Origin: Paraphysomonas bandaiensis
Taxonomy: Eukaryota > Protista > Chrysophyceae
Length of the DNA: 64,000 nucleotides
Assembly (NCBI GenBank): GCA_965644295.1
Contig: CBFFRP010000668.1
Location: 64,267 to 128,266, forward strand
Direction of reading: 5' to 3'
Positions 13,347 to 25,707 of the stretch are shown piece by piece. Position numbers and translations under genes: made by a program. The notes below the pieces were generated by a model that did no database searches, was not told the DNA's origin, and saw only the letters and a list, made by a program, of their open reading frames with translations. Positions within the stretch are counted from its first letter, which is position 1; each line of letters begins with the position of its first letter.

Positions 13347-14370
13347 ATGTATGATAGCTTAATTAATTCTACCTTTCGTTAAAGTTTGGGTTTACATGCA
13401 CGTAAATTTAGTCAGTAACATGTCCTACAACAGTTATCCCCACTTTGTTTCAAAACGTATACTCGCATCCCTGCTATTATCCATAAAGTTGCTTTAAAAA
13501 AATGGCAACGAAATCTAACTTATCCGGACGGAAAAAAGGATCAAATAAAATATTTGATAGCAGTGAGTCTAATTCGGAATGAGGACAACATTTGACTGAT
13601 GGTAAGATGGTAACAGTCAGCGGAATAGAGAATAGAGCACGTCTTAGAAAGCAAACTCGACACCGAGCATTAAGCACGTTCATGCCACTGTTGTCAACAA
13701 AAGATTGTTTAGTAGACTTGAGATTGATTTGTTTTGACTGATTTTCGCCAGAGTAGGACTCCTCGGCTCTTAGAGCAAATTATGTGTTTACGCATGAACG
13801 CATGAATCGTCGCTTCTGGAATGAAATTATAGTTGAGCAAGCTATGTTGGCAGCTAATGTACAGGTAATTGATGACTTTAGTATCAGTTAATTGGGGGAT
13901 TATATTGTTGCTACGCAGCCTTGATTTGGAGCAGTGATACTTTTTCAGGGTTAGGGTCACGTCGTGCATGTCAGGCAGTTATTTCGTTATTTCCTCTTCC
14001 CATAACCCGTGGTTAAATATAACTACTGTAGATGCCATCTGGACAGAATCAACAATGCAGACCGCAACGATTCGCCTCTCAGGAGAAAGAAGGAGAAGAC
14101 AACTATTCCTCTATCGCATTTTACGGGGCGCAATATTATATGAATAATGAATCTATCTATCAATGAATAACTATTGCCCTAATATTGCATATTATTATGC
14201 AGTTGGTTTGTTATTATATCACGATACTATGCTTCTAAAAGCCTACTTGGGTACTTGGGCACATGATGTTGTCTAATGACTTCAGCCTACTACTATTACA
14301 ATATATATTAGCGGCACAGTACATAATACAAGAAGGGCATTCCCTTCAGCGAAAAAAACTTTAATATTAT

Positions 14371-14527
14371 GCACAACATCATTACTGGCGCTGATTTGGC
14401 GGAAGATGATGTAACACGACGCTCACCTGCATGAGCGTTCCCTCAACAAAGTCGGACTCGCACCTTTCCGTGGTGTTCTGTGGGGATAAGTACCGGAGAG
14501 ATTCTCTCTGGGAAACTAACGTGAGCC
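14371..14527 (+). ncRNA. Candidate HDV-like self-cleaving ribozyme
   Basis: P1 GCACAAC(14371)/GTTCTGT(14475); P2 CTCGC(14457)/GTGAG(14521); P3 ACC/GGT closing L3 TTTCCGT; GG after P1'; P4 CCGGAGAG-ATT-CTCTCTGG; J4/2 CTAA(C) with putative catalytic C14516. Folded manually. Confidence 0.65.
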
Positions 14528-14939
14528 ACAAACATAGTCAGCAGATATTCTTCTGCCCACACATAGCCGAATGCTTGTGTGGTACAAGGGACACCAACAA
14601 TAAAAGTGTTACTTTTGTATAGACGTCTTTGGGCCCTGACGAATATGGGTCCAGCTCAAGGGCATCCGGGACAGGGCCCACCTGAAGGGTAACCGGGGTA
14701 TTGGGCTGCCTGCTGAAGTCAAGCATCCGGGATGTTCACCTTTTAAGAACTCAGAACGGAAGTGGTTGCACCTTGGTGCTTGCGGCGACTCACAAGCAGC
14801 TTTCGTAGCGTTAAATAGAGTAGGATAATAAAGTTTGTACTGATTAGTTACAGGTAGAGGTCTAACTAGTATGTCTAGCATTCATCTAGCTACCAACAAA
14901 TCGGTACAGGTTTTTAACGCCTATTGCTAAATAAAAGAC
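14371..14939 (+). mobile_element. Non-autonomous non-LTR retroelement (SINE/SIDE-like): structured head plus LINE-derived 3' tail
   Basis: 14753-14939 matches the 3' UTR of the LINE copies at 15164-16159 and 23371-23990; head shared with copies at 9334 and 55514; imperfect flanking repeat ACTTTAATATTAT / ACTTTCAATATAT. Confidence 0.8.
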
Positions 14940-15163
14940 TTTCAATATATATAACTCGTTCATTTATATTCTTACATATATATATATATAATATATATAC
15001 ATACTTCTTACATAATATATAATATTACTTCAGTTTTAAAGCAAAAATGTCACTGACTACACATATATATAATATAATTTATACAGCTCAAGCTATTCCA
15101 CCAAGCTTAGAGTTATTCTTGGTACATCGATGTTTTCCGGTCACAATACTCTCAAATGAATAG

Positions 15164-16159
15164 TAGTGAATGTCTGATTATTTAGCAATAGGCGTTGAGA
15201 CCTTGCATCAATTAGTGGCTAGAAGAATGCTAGTCATACTAGTTAGACCACTACCCGTAACTAATCAATACAAACTCTTTTATCCTACTATTTAACGCTA
15301 CGAAAGCTGCTTGTGCGTCGCCGCAAGCACCAAGGTGCAACCACTTCCGTTCTTTTTGTGTGATATGAAATTCGCCTTTATCGTGTGTCCGTGGACTCAC
15401 CGGCGCTTTTGATCTGGGGGTCTCCCTTTGGGATGGGTCTCCATTGGTTTTGGAGGGGGCTCAGCATTCTGAATTAGGGTCCTGAGTGCACCTAGTTCCA
15501 GATGTGTGGGTTGAGAGTGGTGGGGATTGTTGGGAGGAGGAGTTGGGTTTGTAGTATGTGTTACTGTGCTCCTGTGGGGCCGCGGGTGTAGATAGAGTTG
15601 TCGAAGCCGTCGGCGTTGTGGAGGTCTGGGCAGTCCAGTGCTCTGTCGGGTAGGACCTGTGAGGTGTGCACGTGTGTCTGGAGTCGGATACGCTGTGGGG
15701 GGTCTTCGTTGGACCCCTAGTAGTCGAAGGACTCTCGGACGTTGTCTTGACTGACTGCGTTTCGGACGGGGTCTCGGGAGTAGCCTGGGCGGCCTTTTGG
15801 ACATGGTGATATAGCGACAACCGCGATCCTGTAACATAAGCTTCGCTGCAGTGTAAAGCGGTTGCAGGAGATTAATAACCACTGTTTCTAGGTTCCGTAG
15901 ACTGTGAGCCGTCAGGTGTTTGTGTATGTCATCTCCGAAGACCGTTTCCAGTTGGGCTGCTGTGATGGTTCCAGTCCAGTATCTCTCGACCTGTGGGATG
16001 GAGGGATTCCAGGCTCTGCTGGAGAGTCTCCGCAGTGCAGATGTGATCCAGTTGGGTAAGGTCTGAGTTCTCTGTATTTCGTGTAGCACATTTTTATGCG
16101 ATTGAAATGCAGTTTCCCTTATTTGGGTGATGGATTCATGTGTGCAGTCGAGGCACATC
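15164..16159 (-). mobile_element. 5'-truncated LINE (ORF C-terminus plus 3' UTR)
   Basis: 13-bp TSD CTCAAATGAATAG (15151-15163, 16160-16172); ORF 15397-16164 ends KGRPPDQKRR and is homologous to the ORF at 23611-23940; conserved 3' UTR. Confidence 0.85.
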
Positions 16160-16602
16160 CTCAAATGAATAGAATGTTCTTAAAACAACATTAATATGAC
16201 CTTACTAATCGCTGCTATACTACACATTCCATCTTAAAAGTATATATATTCAACTCTAGAAAACTTTATAGAAAGTTTGGGGAAAAAACGTTTGCTTCAT
16301 ATTATACAATACGACCTGTATAGAAAGGCAGTAGTGTAGGACACACCCTAAACCAACCTCAGCCCAGAATGCGCAGGGTTCAGTAAGGATTAATACATTG
16401 CCTAGTTTTGTCAACACTAACACTGCACAAGGATGTGCCATCGGAAGAGGGCAATAAAAGTATAAAGTTTACTATTCTCTTTTTCCTTCTCATTCGCTAA
16501 AGAGCTATTACTCACTACCATGTATGTTTAGTTTTGACATATCACTGAAGTTGACGTTGTACTACGCAAACATTCAACATCATTGTTTCAACATTATATT
16601 GT

Positions 16603-17390
16603 TCCTTAGCCCTCAACATATTACAGCAACGGACCTGTAATTATTCAATGCACAACTGAACGAAGCAATAAGCAGTGTAAATAATGTATTATTCGTTTAT
16701 CACGAGAATACCAAAGTGAAATTACTTGAAATTTGCGACGATTTTAGATATATCACACAACTCTAACAATAATGCCATCCTGTTTCCAGGAATATTATTG
16801 CTTGTAGCTCACCAGAAGTGATAAACATTAGTATTATGGAGACAAAATATGAATAAAATTCCGTCGACCACAAAAGGAAGCAGACCCCCAATATAACACC
16901 AAGAGCACGAATTAGTCAAAAAAACACTCGTAAATCAGGATTATAGACACTGTCTGCAGGAGTGATTGCACAAAATTAGCCACCATGTTCGTGTGTTTCC
17001 TTAGCCCTCAACATATTACAGCAACGGACCTGTAATTATTCAATGCACAACTGAACGAAGCAATAAGCAGTGTAAATAATGTATTATTCGTTTATCACGA
17101 GAATAACAAAGTGAAATTACTTGAAATTTGCGACGATTTTAGATATATCACACAACTCTAACAATAATGCCATCCTGTTTCCAGGAATATTATTGCTTGT
17201 AGCTCACCAGAAGTGATAAACATTAGTATTATGGAGACAAAATATGAATAAAATTCCGTCGACCACAAAAGGAAGCAGACCCCCAATATAACACCAAGAG
17301 CACGAATTAGTCAAAAAAACACTCGTAAATCAGGATTATAGACTGTCTGCAGGAGTGATTGCACAAAATTAGCCACCATGTTCGTGTGTT
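16603..17390. repeat. Direct tandem duplication, ~395-bp unit x2
   Basis: 16603-16997 and 16998-17390 appear identical except one substitution (TACCAAAG/TAACAAAG) and a 2-nt indel. Confidence 0.95.
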
Positions 17391-19436
17391 ACATCGTGTG
17401 CTACATTGCCCTTTCTAGACGGTTCAGCAGGGTATTCCCACAACCGGCTACCGTGAGCATATCCGCCTCTGTGCTTGTTGCTATGCATCTCTTCCTAGAA
17501 AACCAGTTACTGCTACATTGATGCAAAATTCAGACTTACAGATTCAGAGAGACGATATGAGTCCGTTGAAAGAAAGGGTCGGTTTCCAGATTCAAAATCG
17601 AAATCGTCACGTCTGTATGCATACGAAACCGCACGAGGTGATAATCTATGCATAAGTGGATGGGATGTTGGGGAAAGCAACGCATTACTGTTGTATGAAC
17701 CGCGTCCACTATTCGTGGACACATAAGACGGGGGGTTTCTGACAAAACGTCCACCAGCGGAAATGTTTCGCTGTAGCTCACCTGAACTGTCTTTTGAAGA
17801 CATGTGAATTTCTTCCTGATAGGAACTAAGGCGCTGTGCCCGGTGCACATGCTCCGAGAAATATCCACCGTCAGGTGCAAAAGCAGCACTTGGCTCACGA
17901 TACTTTCCAAGAGACTCCTCGGATGGAACAGTGTTATGTTCATAATAACCACTGGTAGATCGTCCTACGGCCTCCATGTACAGCATCTCCTCGTAACCAA
18001 GGGTGCTACGATCACTCTGAATACACTCATCGGGTCCACCAGCATGGCCACCTCTGTGTTGTATGTCTTCTACACTTTGGTAGTCAGGCGCTGGGGGGGA
18101 CGAGCGGGCAGGGGGATAGTACTCACTCATACCACGATGAGAATCCCCACTGCAGCTTGCAAACATCTGCGTCTCAGACGGGAGATGGTCGTGCATATAA
18201 GGGTGGCGGGTCAATTGAGAATGTGGGGTACGACTCTGTCGGTACGGATGTGATGCTGTGGATGTAGCAGAAAGCATGTGGCGCTGGGAACCTCGGTCAT
18301 AATGGCTGTGCTTGAGGAGCTCCTTATGAGCACGTTGAAAGTTCTGGCTCGGTTTGCAGAAAAAGTGTACACAGCTGTAACAGCACATATCACACAAACT
18401 CAAGTAATTCGGAGCCTGAAACATACTTGTACATACTTCCATCCATGGAACCTGCAGCTTCCAGTGCGCAACGGCACCCGTCGAGTGTGGAAGGGAAGTG
18501 GACAAACGCGTAACCCTTACATACATGGGAATCCTGTTGAATAAATCTGTCGTCAAATAGCAAATAAAGAAATTCACATTGCTATTACTTTATCTGGAAC
18601 CATTGCTTTGATGGACACTTTCGTCACTTCTCCAAATTTTTTAAAAGTGTGATAAAGCAAGTGCTCATCAACTTTGACTCCCTCCTGTAAATCATACAAA
18701 CTAATGACATAATAGCAAAGAAAAGTTGCATATTTACCTCCATACTCATAAACCTCACATGTATTGACACAACAGGCTCTGGCCGATGAATTGAGTCGCT
18801 TTCTCCCACACCGCTGAGCTCAGAGCCGGGAGTGTGGCGGTACCACTCAACATGCATTGGGCGACCATGAAACACTTTCAAGTGCATGTCACGTTTCGCC
18901 CTTTCAGCATCCTGCCGCCGGATGAAGTGGAGTATTCGGGCAGAGTATCCATTGACTGATATTACAAATATCAGCGATAGAAAAGTAATGATATAATTAT
19001 CACACACCGAATACTTCTTGTCCCGTGTCATGGTGATGCATATTTCCATAAGGCAAAAACAATGCCAACAAGTCAGCCAAGCGGACATTTTGATCTAAGT
19101 TTTTCACAATCACGCGACAATTTCTTTCAGCGCGACCAACTCGTATGCATCTACCCTTCAAATTCATTCCCGCGAGTGCAGTCAGAGCATTTTCCGCACC
19201 TTGCTTGGTCGCCATCCTAACAAAACCTTCATATAACATAAGAAACAATATCCCTCAAATAATATAACGTTGTCACCATATCCCATAGGCTGCCCAGTAA
19301 CCTTTGAGCACTTTAAAACAACTTTACTAACTTCTCCAACCATTCCAAATAGATCACACAGGTCTTCTCTAGTGACTTCTCGGCTCAAGTCGCCGACAAA
19401 GAGCGTATGCTCGCCGGACTCGTCAATGTTTTCCAT
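17369..19436 (-). CDS. Multi-RRM RNA-binding protein with low-complexity C-terminus
   Basis: RNP2 TLFVGDLSREV, RNP1 GYG|FVRM across an intron, second RRM VIVKNLD, third RRM-like segment; last exon after GTAAGT..TTCTAG intron ends HEHGG* at 17369. Confidence 0.8.
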
Positions 19437-19831
19437 TGCAGTCTGAACAATAACGTACTCTAAACCACACACAGAGATAGAAAGAGAGACATGTATTCAC
19501 AAAGAGATAATGATGAAACAGACGGCAGATAACAGCGCGAGACAGACAGATATATTCGACGAATAGCCACAGACAGTGGTACAGGTCACTGATCTATAGA
19601 GAATTTGGCGGAGCTCACTCGAGCTCTGTATATATACGAAAGTCAGTGTAACCTCTATTAGAATCTATTGCTCAACAGCTAGCTAGTATACACTCCACAT
19701 TCACACACCAGTTAGTCCCTTATGCCCTCCCCAACAAACCCCCGCTTCCAGTACTGCCATACCGCATACACACACACACCACACATCCTTCTGCTGCTCC
19801 TCCCTACAGATTATGTATGTAGTATGTATAT

Positions 19832-19973
19832 TGTATGTATGTATGTATGTATGTATGTATGTATGTATGTATGTATGTATGTATGTATGTATGTATGTAT
19901 GTATGTATGTATGTATGTATGTATGTATGTAGGTAGGTAGGTAGGTAGGTAGGTAGGTAGGTAGGTAGGTAGG
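19832..19973. repeat. Compound microsatellite (TATG)n(TAGG)n
   Basis: Directly visible tetranucleotide runs in the divergent intergenic region. Confidence 0.97.
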
Positions 19974-20065
19974 CAGTATGTGAATATGGATATGCATTTC
20001 GCTCCATCATTTTTTAAATACTCAAATTCTCAGAGAAGTGACCTTAAAGTGATTTCGTGGGATTC

Positions 20066-20991
20066 ATGTCGGAAAAGAATATTAGTTGCATTTTATCATT
20101 GAAATCCTATCTCAGGATATTTGTTTCTGAGCGTGAGTGGGATCAGTATCACACTCCCCGGAATCTTCTGCTGGCCCTGTGCGGAGAATGTGGAGAGTTA
20201 AGTGAAATCATGCAGGTATGAAATAAGAGATCATATGTGATGTTGTTGCGCTTATGTTATCGATTAAGTGGAAGAACAACGTGAGAAGAGTGTCTGATTT
20301 GTCCAGGAAAGATCAGGTTCATCTTGGCGAAGAGATATCGGATGTATTCATATACACAATCCGACTCTCTGATTTGACTCATATTGATGTTGCCAAGGCA
20401 ATGCTCTTACTACTAGACCCTGAAGCATCTCATGGGAAGTATGAAGATTTCAGAGTGAAATACCAGTCCGGAAATTTCCACAACGTACTACTAGCTGATA
20501 TAGTCGGTTACGTAAGAGATTCAGTAATGTCTGATTGGTTGGAACTCTCTCCACGAGATATCGTTATCAGAATTAATATTGCTGTTGGTGAACTGGCGTC
20601 CATCTTCTCTGGATACGAAGAGGAGCAATGTCATGTTGGACTTCCGTTATGGCGACCAGAACACGTTCATCAAGCCGCTTTAGTTATGGCAAGAATTACT
20701 GCCCTACTGGCGTGCTTAGCGTTACCATTGGACTTATCTCGTTGTATAAAAGACAAGTTAGCTAAAAACTCTGCTAAATACCCCGCTCATTTGGTTAAAG
20801 GCTCGTCAGCTAAGTACACGGCCTATAAATCTGACAATAGGTGGTACATTTTCTCCAGTGGCGGGTTCTGGACCGGTGTTGTAGCTACTCTGGGTGTAGT
20901 TTTATGCACAGAATTTGTGTTTCGATTGGATAGAGACTGTAGGTATAGTAGTGTCGTTGATATTTCGTTTATATTGAAGCGGTTTCGTTGA
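20066..20991 (+). CDS. DCTPP1: dCTP pyrophosphatase 1-like (MazG family) with second degenerate MazG repeat and C-terminal hydrophobic segment
   Basis: Exon 1 (ATG 20066) FVSEREWDQYHTPRNLLLALCGECGELSEIMQ|W, then LGEEISDVFIYTIRL, and KLAKNSAKYPAHLVKGSSAKYT near the end. Confidence 0.85.
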
Positions 20992-21760
20992 ATGGCTGAT
21001 GAAGGTACTGTCACTTAGGTTCTTATATATATATTGATGTGAACATAATTTTTTCTAGTACCGTTTCACTTCAGCTTGTAAGGTGTGGATTCCGTAGGTT
21101 ATGCTCAAGGCAACATTTTACTTATTAATTTTAATTGATTTTAATAGACGACCGGTCTAAAATTTGGTTAGTACTAGCGTACTAGCAGCAGAGATGACCA
21201 TCGGTTCGCATGAGTGCTTTGATATCACATATCCGTGATCCGTGATGATATCTCCGCGTTCATGTTATATGTGTCAAGGCTTAGCAACAATATATTGAAT
21301 TGTAATATATTATAAATATATTGATAGGTAGACCGGACAAATTATTGTTACTGGTTACTGCTAAGGTAGCTCACAATATATTGCAAACAATATTTTGATT
21401 AGGGATTAGGGTTAACTGTATGGTGCAAAGTGCAAAATATAATTCCACACACATATATATATCCGGAAAAAGAATAAAATGTCCTATATCCTATATTTGT
21501 TGTTTTCTAGTTTTTATGAATCACAAGTTCTAATAGTACTACAGAGTACAGAACGTCTATTTATATAATATAGTATATATAATTTTATATTATCCCCATT
21601 TTGTCTCATAAAATGGGTTATTTTGACCTGAGTTGGGCTCAGATTAGCGCTCATGTCAGCACCGGGCAAATATAGACATTCAACTTCAATATTCGGTTCA
21701 ACAGAAGCTCACTTCTACCTTAATTATGATTTTGACAAATTGACAGTCATATGTATAATA

Positions 21761-23358
21761 CAGGGATAGGGAACAATATATTGTATTGCAATATATTGTA
21801 CAATATATTGCAATATATTGTAAAATATATTGATTGGTGGACTGGTCAAATATTCCATCAATAGTGTTTCTGTTAATAGAGCTCACAATACTATTGCAAT
21901 ATATTGCAATCAATATTATGATAGTCATATAAGAGAAGATCCTCAACTGTATGGTGCAAAATATACGCCTCTGTATACAAATATCCGGAAAATAAGAAAA
22001 AAAGCCTATTTTTGATGTTATTTTCTATTTTTTATGTATCGCCAGCTCAAACAGCACTCTACACCTCTCCACATGTATGTACAGTACTTCTCTTAATATA
22101 GTATATATATCCTATAGTGACAAGAAGAGACAACTGAATGATGAGTGCATACAAGAGTAGGGACATTTACCGCTGTTTTTGGAGTCCGGTCGAAGGTGTC
22201 CCGAACAAAATAACCAAGGAGATGTGACAAGATCTGACGAAGGCATTAGGCCTCTTATTCGCAAAGTAGACCTACTAATGGGGAAGTTGAAGCAGATTAA
22301 GAATGCTGCATTGCTACGTGGCCAAACCAGTCTGCTACCAGAAAGGGTAAATGTCACAAGATGGTCTTCTATGTTTCAGGTTCTCGTAAAGTGGATGCGT
22401 ATAAAAGATCATGTATTAAAAATTGAAGACTTACCGCTTGCAGTTACTGATATGATTCCTACTCCTCGACAGAATACCGAAATAATCGCCCTTGTAGACG
22501 ACCTGAGGAAGTTTGAAAGCGTCTCGAAATTGCTTCAAACTGGAGGATCAAGTCAAGTGAATCTTTATGAATGCCGGAACATATTTGATGGCTTATTGAG
22601 GGACTTTAGGCCAAAGTATCCACTATCTGCTTTACAGAAAAACAGTCCCATTGTTAATGATCCGAATTTCGAGAATGGAATTGCAAAACTCCAAGCAGGC
22701 GAAGAATTGGACTTGACAAGATCTGAGAAAGATGCTGTTAGAATATATCTCCATTCAGACAGTGATTATTGCAACAATACAGAGGATGATGAAGCTGAAG
22801 TTGGCTATGCGGAAAAAATTCTTCAATCAGCTCAAAAACTTAAGAAGCGAAAAGTTGAAATATCTAAGTACAGGTGCACGAGTCATGTAGTATGTACTTC
22901 CAATACGTGTGAACGCCTGTTCAGCGCAGCAAAACTGATTATATCAGTGTTGCGCAAACGTATGCATCCTACTACACTTAATATGCTGTTGTTTCTGAAA
23001 GCTAACCGACAGTTGTGGCCGGATGCAAGCATATTTCAATCAATATTGAATGAATATGGTGATGATGATGTCACCGATGATGGCTCAGAGGATGAGTATG
23101 AGGAAACTTTTAATTAGTTAAGAGTAGTGGGTTTGATTATCAAGTGACCTTAGACCTTATAAAATATGGCAAGTACTAAAAATGAAAACTACGGATGTGT
23201 TTACTTACTGATTAGTCATACTAATATATTGCAATATATTGTACAATATATTGCAATATATTGCAATAGTATTGTAGGGCCGGTTTAAAAAATCCATCAA
23301 TACTATTGATGGAACGCTACCTAACAATAGTATTGCAATATATTGTTCCCTATCCCTG
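21761..23358 (+). mobile_element. hAT DNA transposon family 1, internally deleted
   Basis: Perfect 23-bp TIR CAGGGATAGGGAACAATATATTG, 8-bp TSD GTATAATA, subterminal ATATTGCAAT repeats. Confidence 0.95.
22179..23117 (+). pseudogene. hAT transposase C-terminal fragment
   Basis: NVTRWSS motif and hATC dimerisation motif TSNTCERLFSAAK..RKRMHP..LNMLLFLKAN; N-terminal half absent. Confidence 0.88.
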
Positions 23359-23370
23359 GTATAATATATA

Positions 23371-23990
23371 TTAAACGTCTTTTTATTTAGCAGTAGGCGT
23401 TAGAAACCTGTACCAATATAGTGGTTAGTTGAATGCTAGTCATGCTAGTTAGACCTCTACCCATAACTAATCCGTTATGGGTAGAGGTCTTCCATTATCC
23501 TACTATTTAACGCTACAGAAGCTGCTTGTGCGTCGCCGCAAGCACCAAGGTGCAACCACTTCCGTTCTAAATTTTGTTTGTGAGTTTCGCCCTGCTTGTG
23601 CGTCTTTGACTCACTGGCGCGTGATGTCTGGGGGTCTTCCCTTAGGATACGGCTCTACCAGGCTCTGTGGTACAGGGTTTTGCATTAATGTCCGAAGTGT
23701 ATCAAGTACTAGATGGGTGTTCTGTGAGGGAAGTGGAGTGGTGGAGGGTGTCGTAGTTTCCTTGCATCGCTTGGGCATCAGGCATAGGTGTAGTTGCCGG
23801 AGACGGCGTCTTTGTCGAGGACCAGATGTTTTCAAGCAGTCCGGTGCTTTATTCCTGCGTGCATGAGAGGTGGTGCATGTGGTTGCAGTGGATGGTAGTC
23901 CCGTCTCTGGTCGTCTTTGGACTCCTAGTAATCGTAGCACCCTTGGGCGTTTCCATTTCCGTTTGCGTTGCGGGTGCGGTCGCGGGAGTT
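23371..23990 (-). mobile_element. 5'-truncated LINE (second subfamily)
   Basis: TSD GTATAATATATA (23359-23370, 23991-24002); ORF RVLRLLGVQRRP..KGRPPDITRQ* homologous to 15397-16164; same 3' UTR. Confidence 0.85.
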
Positions 23991-24184
23991 GTATAATATA
24001 TAATACACCCTACCACACTTTTAATGTCTTATAATGTGATGTTGTTTCTCAAAACCAATCGACAGTTGTGGCCGGATGCATGCATACTTCAATTAATTTT
24101 GAATAATTATGGAGGTGTTGACGTCGCCTATGATGGATCAAAGGATGTGTATGAGGAAAATTGTGATATAGCTATGCATCGGAA

Positions 24185-25150
24185 CAAGTAATTGCAATTT
24201 AATTGCAGATGTTTCTTAACAATTAAATTGCAATTATTAGTTATAGCTCGCGCAATTATTATTACAAGCACGAATACCATCTGCAACTGTACTTGCATTA
24301 AGAGAGGATGGAGAAACATATGAATCCATGGGACCAGCTACACGTAAAGCTGCCCTGACCTCTTGGCATCCCAGCCTTCGTGCTGCTTTGCATGCTGAGC
24401 CCAGTGAACCATCCTGCTTTTCTCTGTCGCGGATACGATTTTCGACATTCTCCGCATTCCCATTTCTGACGGACATCATCAATGTCCTCGACTTGGGCAC
24501 CCTTGAAATTGATTCTGGTCTTAAATCGTCAGACATTTCTAAATTAATGATACACACACTGTAGTGATGATAATATAATAGTATGATATTTACATGACCA
24601 AACTCTAAATACCGATATATTCAGTATTTCGACTGCATAAAACAGGAAAAGCCCTGATAATCCATGTCTATACCGCTGAGCGCCCAGTTCGTTGTGAAAT
24701 CTTCAATCCTGCAGTGCCCTGTAAGGCAGGATTGGTAAAGATCATTGCCAAACTACTAAAAGCTAGAAGAATATTACACCATAGATCGAGCTGAACTTAG
24801 TCTTGTAGTTCAAGATCAACAGGAAAGACAGCTAATCGACCGTTAAAAGAAACAGTACCTCTCTTAATGTAAAGATATTTATCGTCAGAGCCAGCGGTGT
24901 GAACAGATGGCCGAAGTAATCAAGACAGATGTCTTTCGGGAATGGAATCTTCACATTTTCATCATCATCTAGAGCTTCAGGGTACTCTGTTATACACCAC
25001 GCTGCAATATGTCCAACCTTTGCTTGTATGCTGCTTTCATTCCTGCTTTAGTTCGTTCTTCTTATATATTATCAGCATTCCTCTTCCCCTTTGAGGTAAC
25101 TCTTCCTCCCTGTCTGAATCTGTCTCATTCATGTTTGCAGTAAGTATGGT
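24185..25150 (-). mobile_element. Probable decayed DNA-transposon fragment
   Basis: AATTG-rich subterminal-type repeats at 24185-24270, like those of 27476-28097, followed by broken coding-like sequence. Confidence 0.35.
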
Positions 25151-25707
25151 CGAATATTGATATATGCCACTAACGGCTGTCATGTTCAAGGAGAATAGTA
25201 GAGTATTCTAACAGTGTTTTACAACTCATAAAGTGGCTATTTCCCTGTAAAGTAGTAGTTTTATTATATAAAAGTGCCAGTTTATGAGTTAAGCGAAAAG
25301 CTTCACGTACTGCTGTACAGCAGTACATACAGTATATTATTCAATATTCACACAGGGTTTCATACAACATACTGCTGTACATCTATACTATATGTACAGT
25401 ACATACCTACTGCCTACGTACTGCTGTACCAACCTACTACGACGTACCTATAGTACATACATACACACATACATACCTTCATGCATGTATGAGGATGTCT
25501 AGATGTATGCATATTGTAGTTGTGTAAGCAGTTGTTTGTTGCAATTCGTTAAGTCATACTAGATCCTTATCTTGTACTAAACCGAGCACTGTTGTCGTTG
25601 TCTTCCTGGTATAGCAGGCAGTACTCGAAGGGTATGTTTTTGTGTTTGTTTCCTGTTCACTTATACATATATGCCTGCAGAGGATATATACATATATACG
25701 GGCAGTC

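Larger units (their letters stand above)
21275..24160 (+). mobile_element. Old degenerate hAT relic, split by younger hAT and LINE insertions
   Basis: 21275-21560 resembles the family 1 left end (CAAGGCTTAGCAACAATATATTG, AACTGTATGGTGCAAA); 24010-24160 resembles the transposase 3' end at 22968-23107. Confidence 0.6.

Noticed and set aside
13400-14100. Short minus-strand ORFs
   Set aside because: No recognisable motif, splice structure or termini; possibly a decayed TE.
14636-14690. CTGACGA as a hammerhead ribozyme core
   Set aside because: No GAAA/stem II-III arrangement follows, and CTG lies within a GGGCCCTG/CAGGGCCC stem.
19701-20010. ORFs with TYIH/VCMY repeats
   Set aside because: Artefacts of the microsatellite.
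21399-21414. TTAGGG-like telomeric motif
   Set aside because: Only two imperfect units inside a decayed hAT end.
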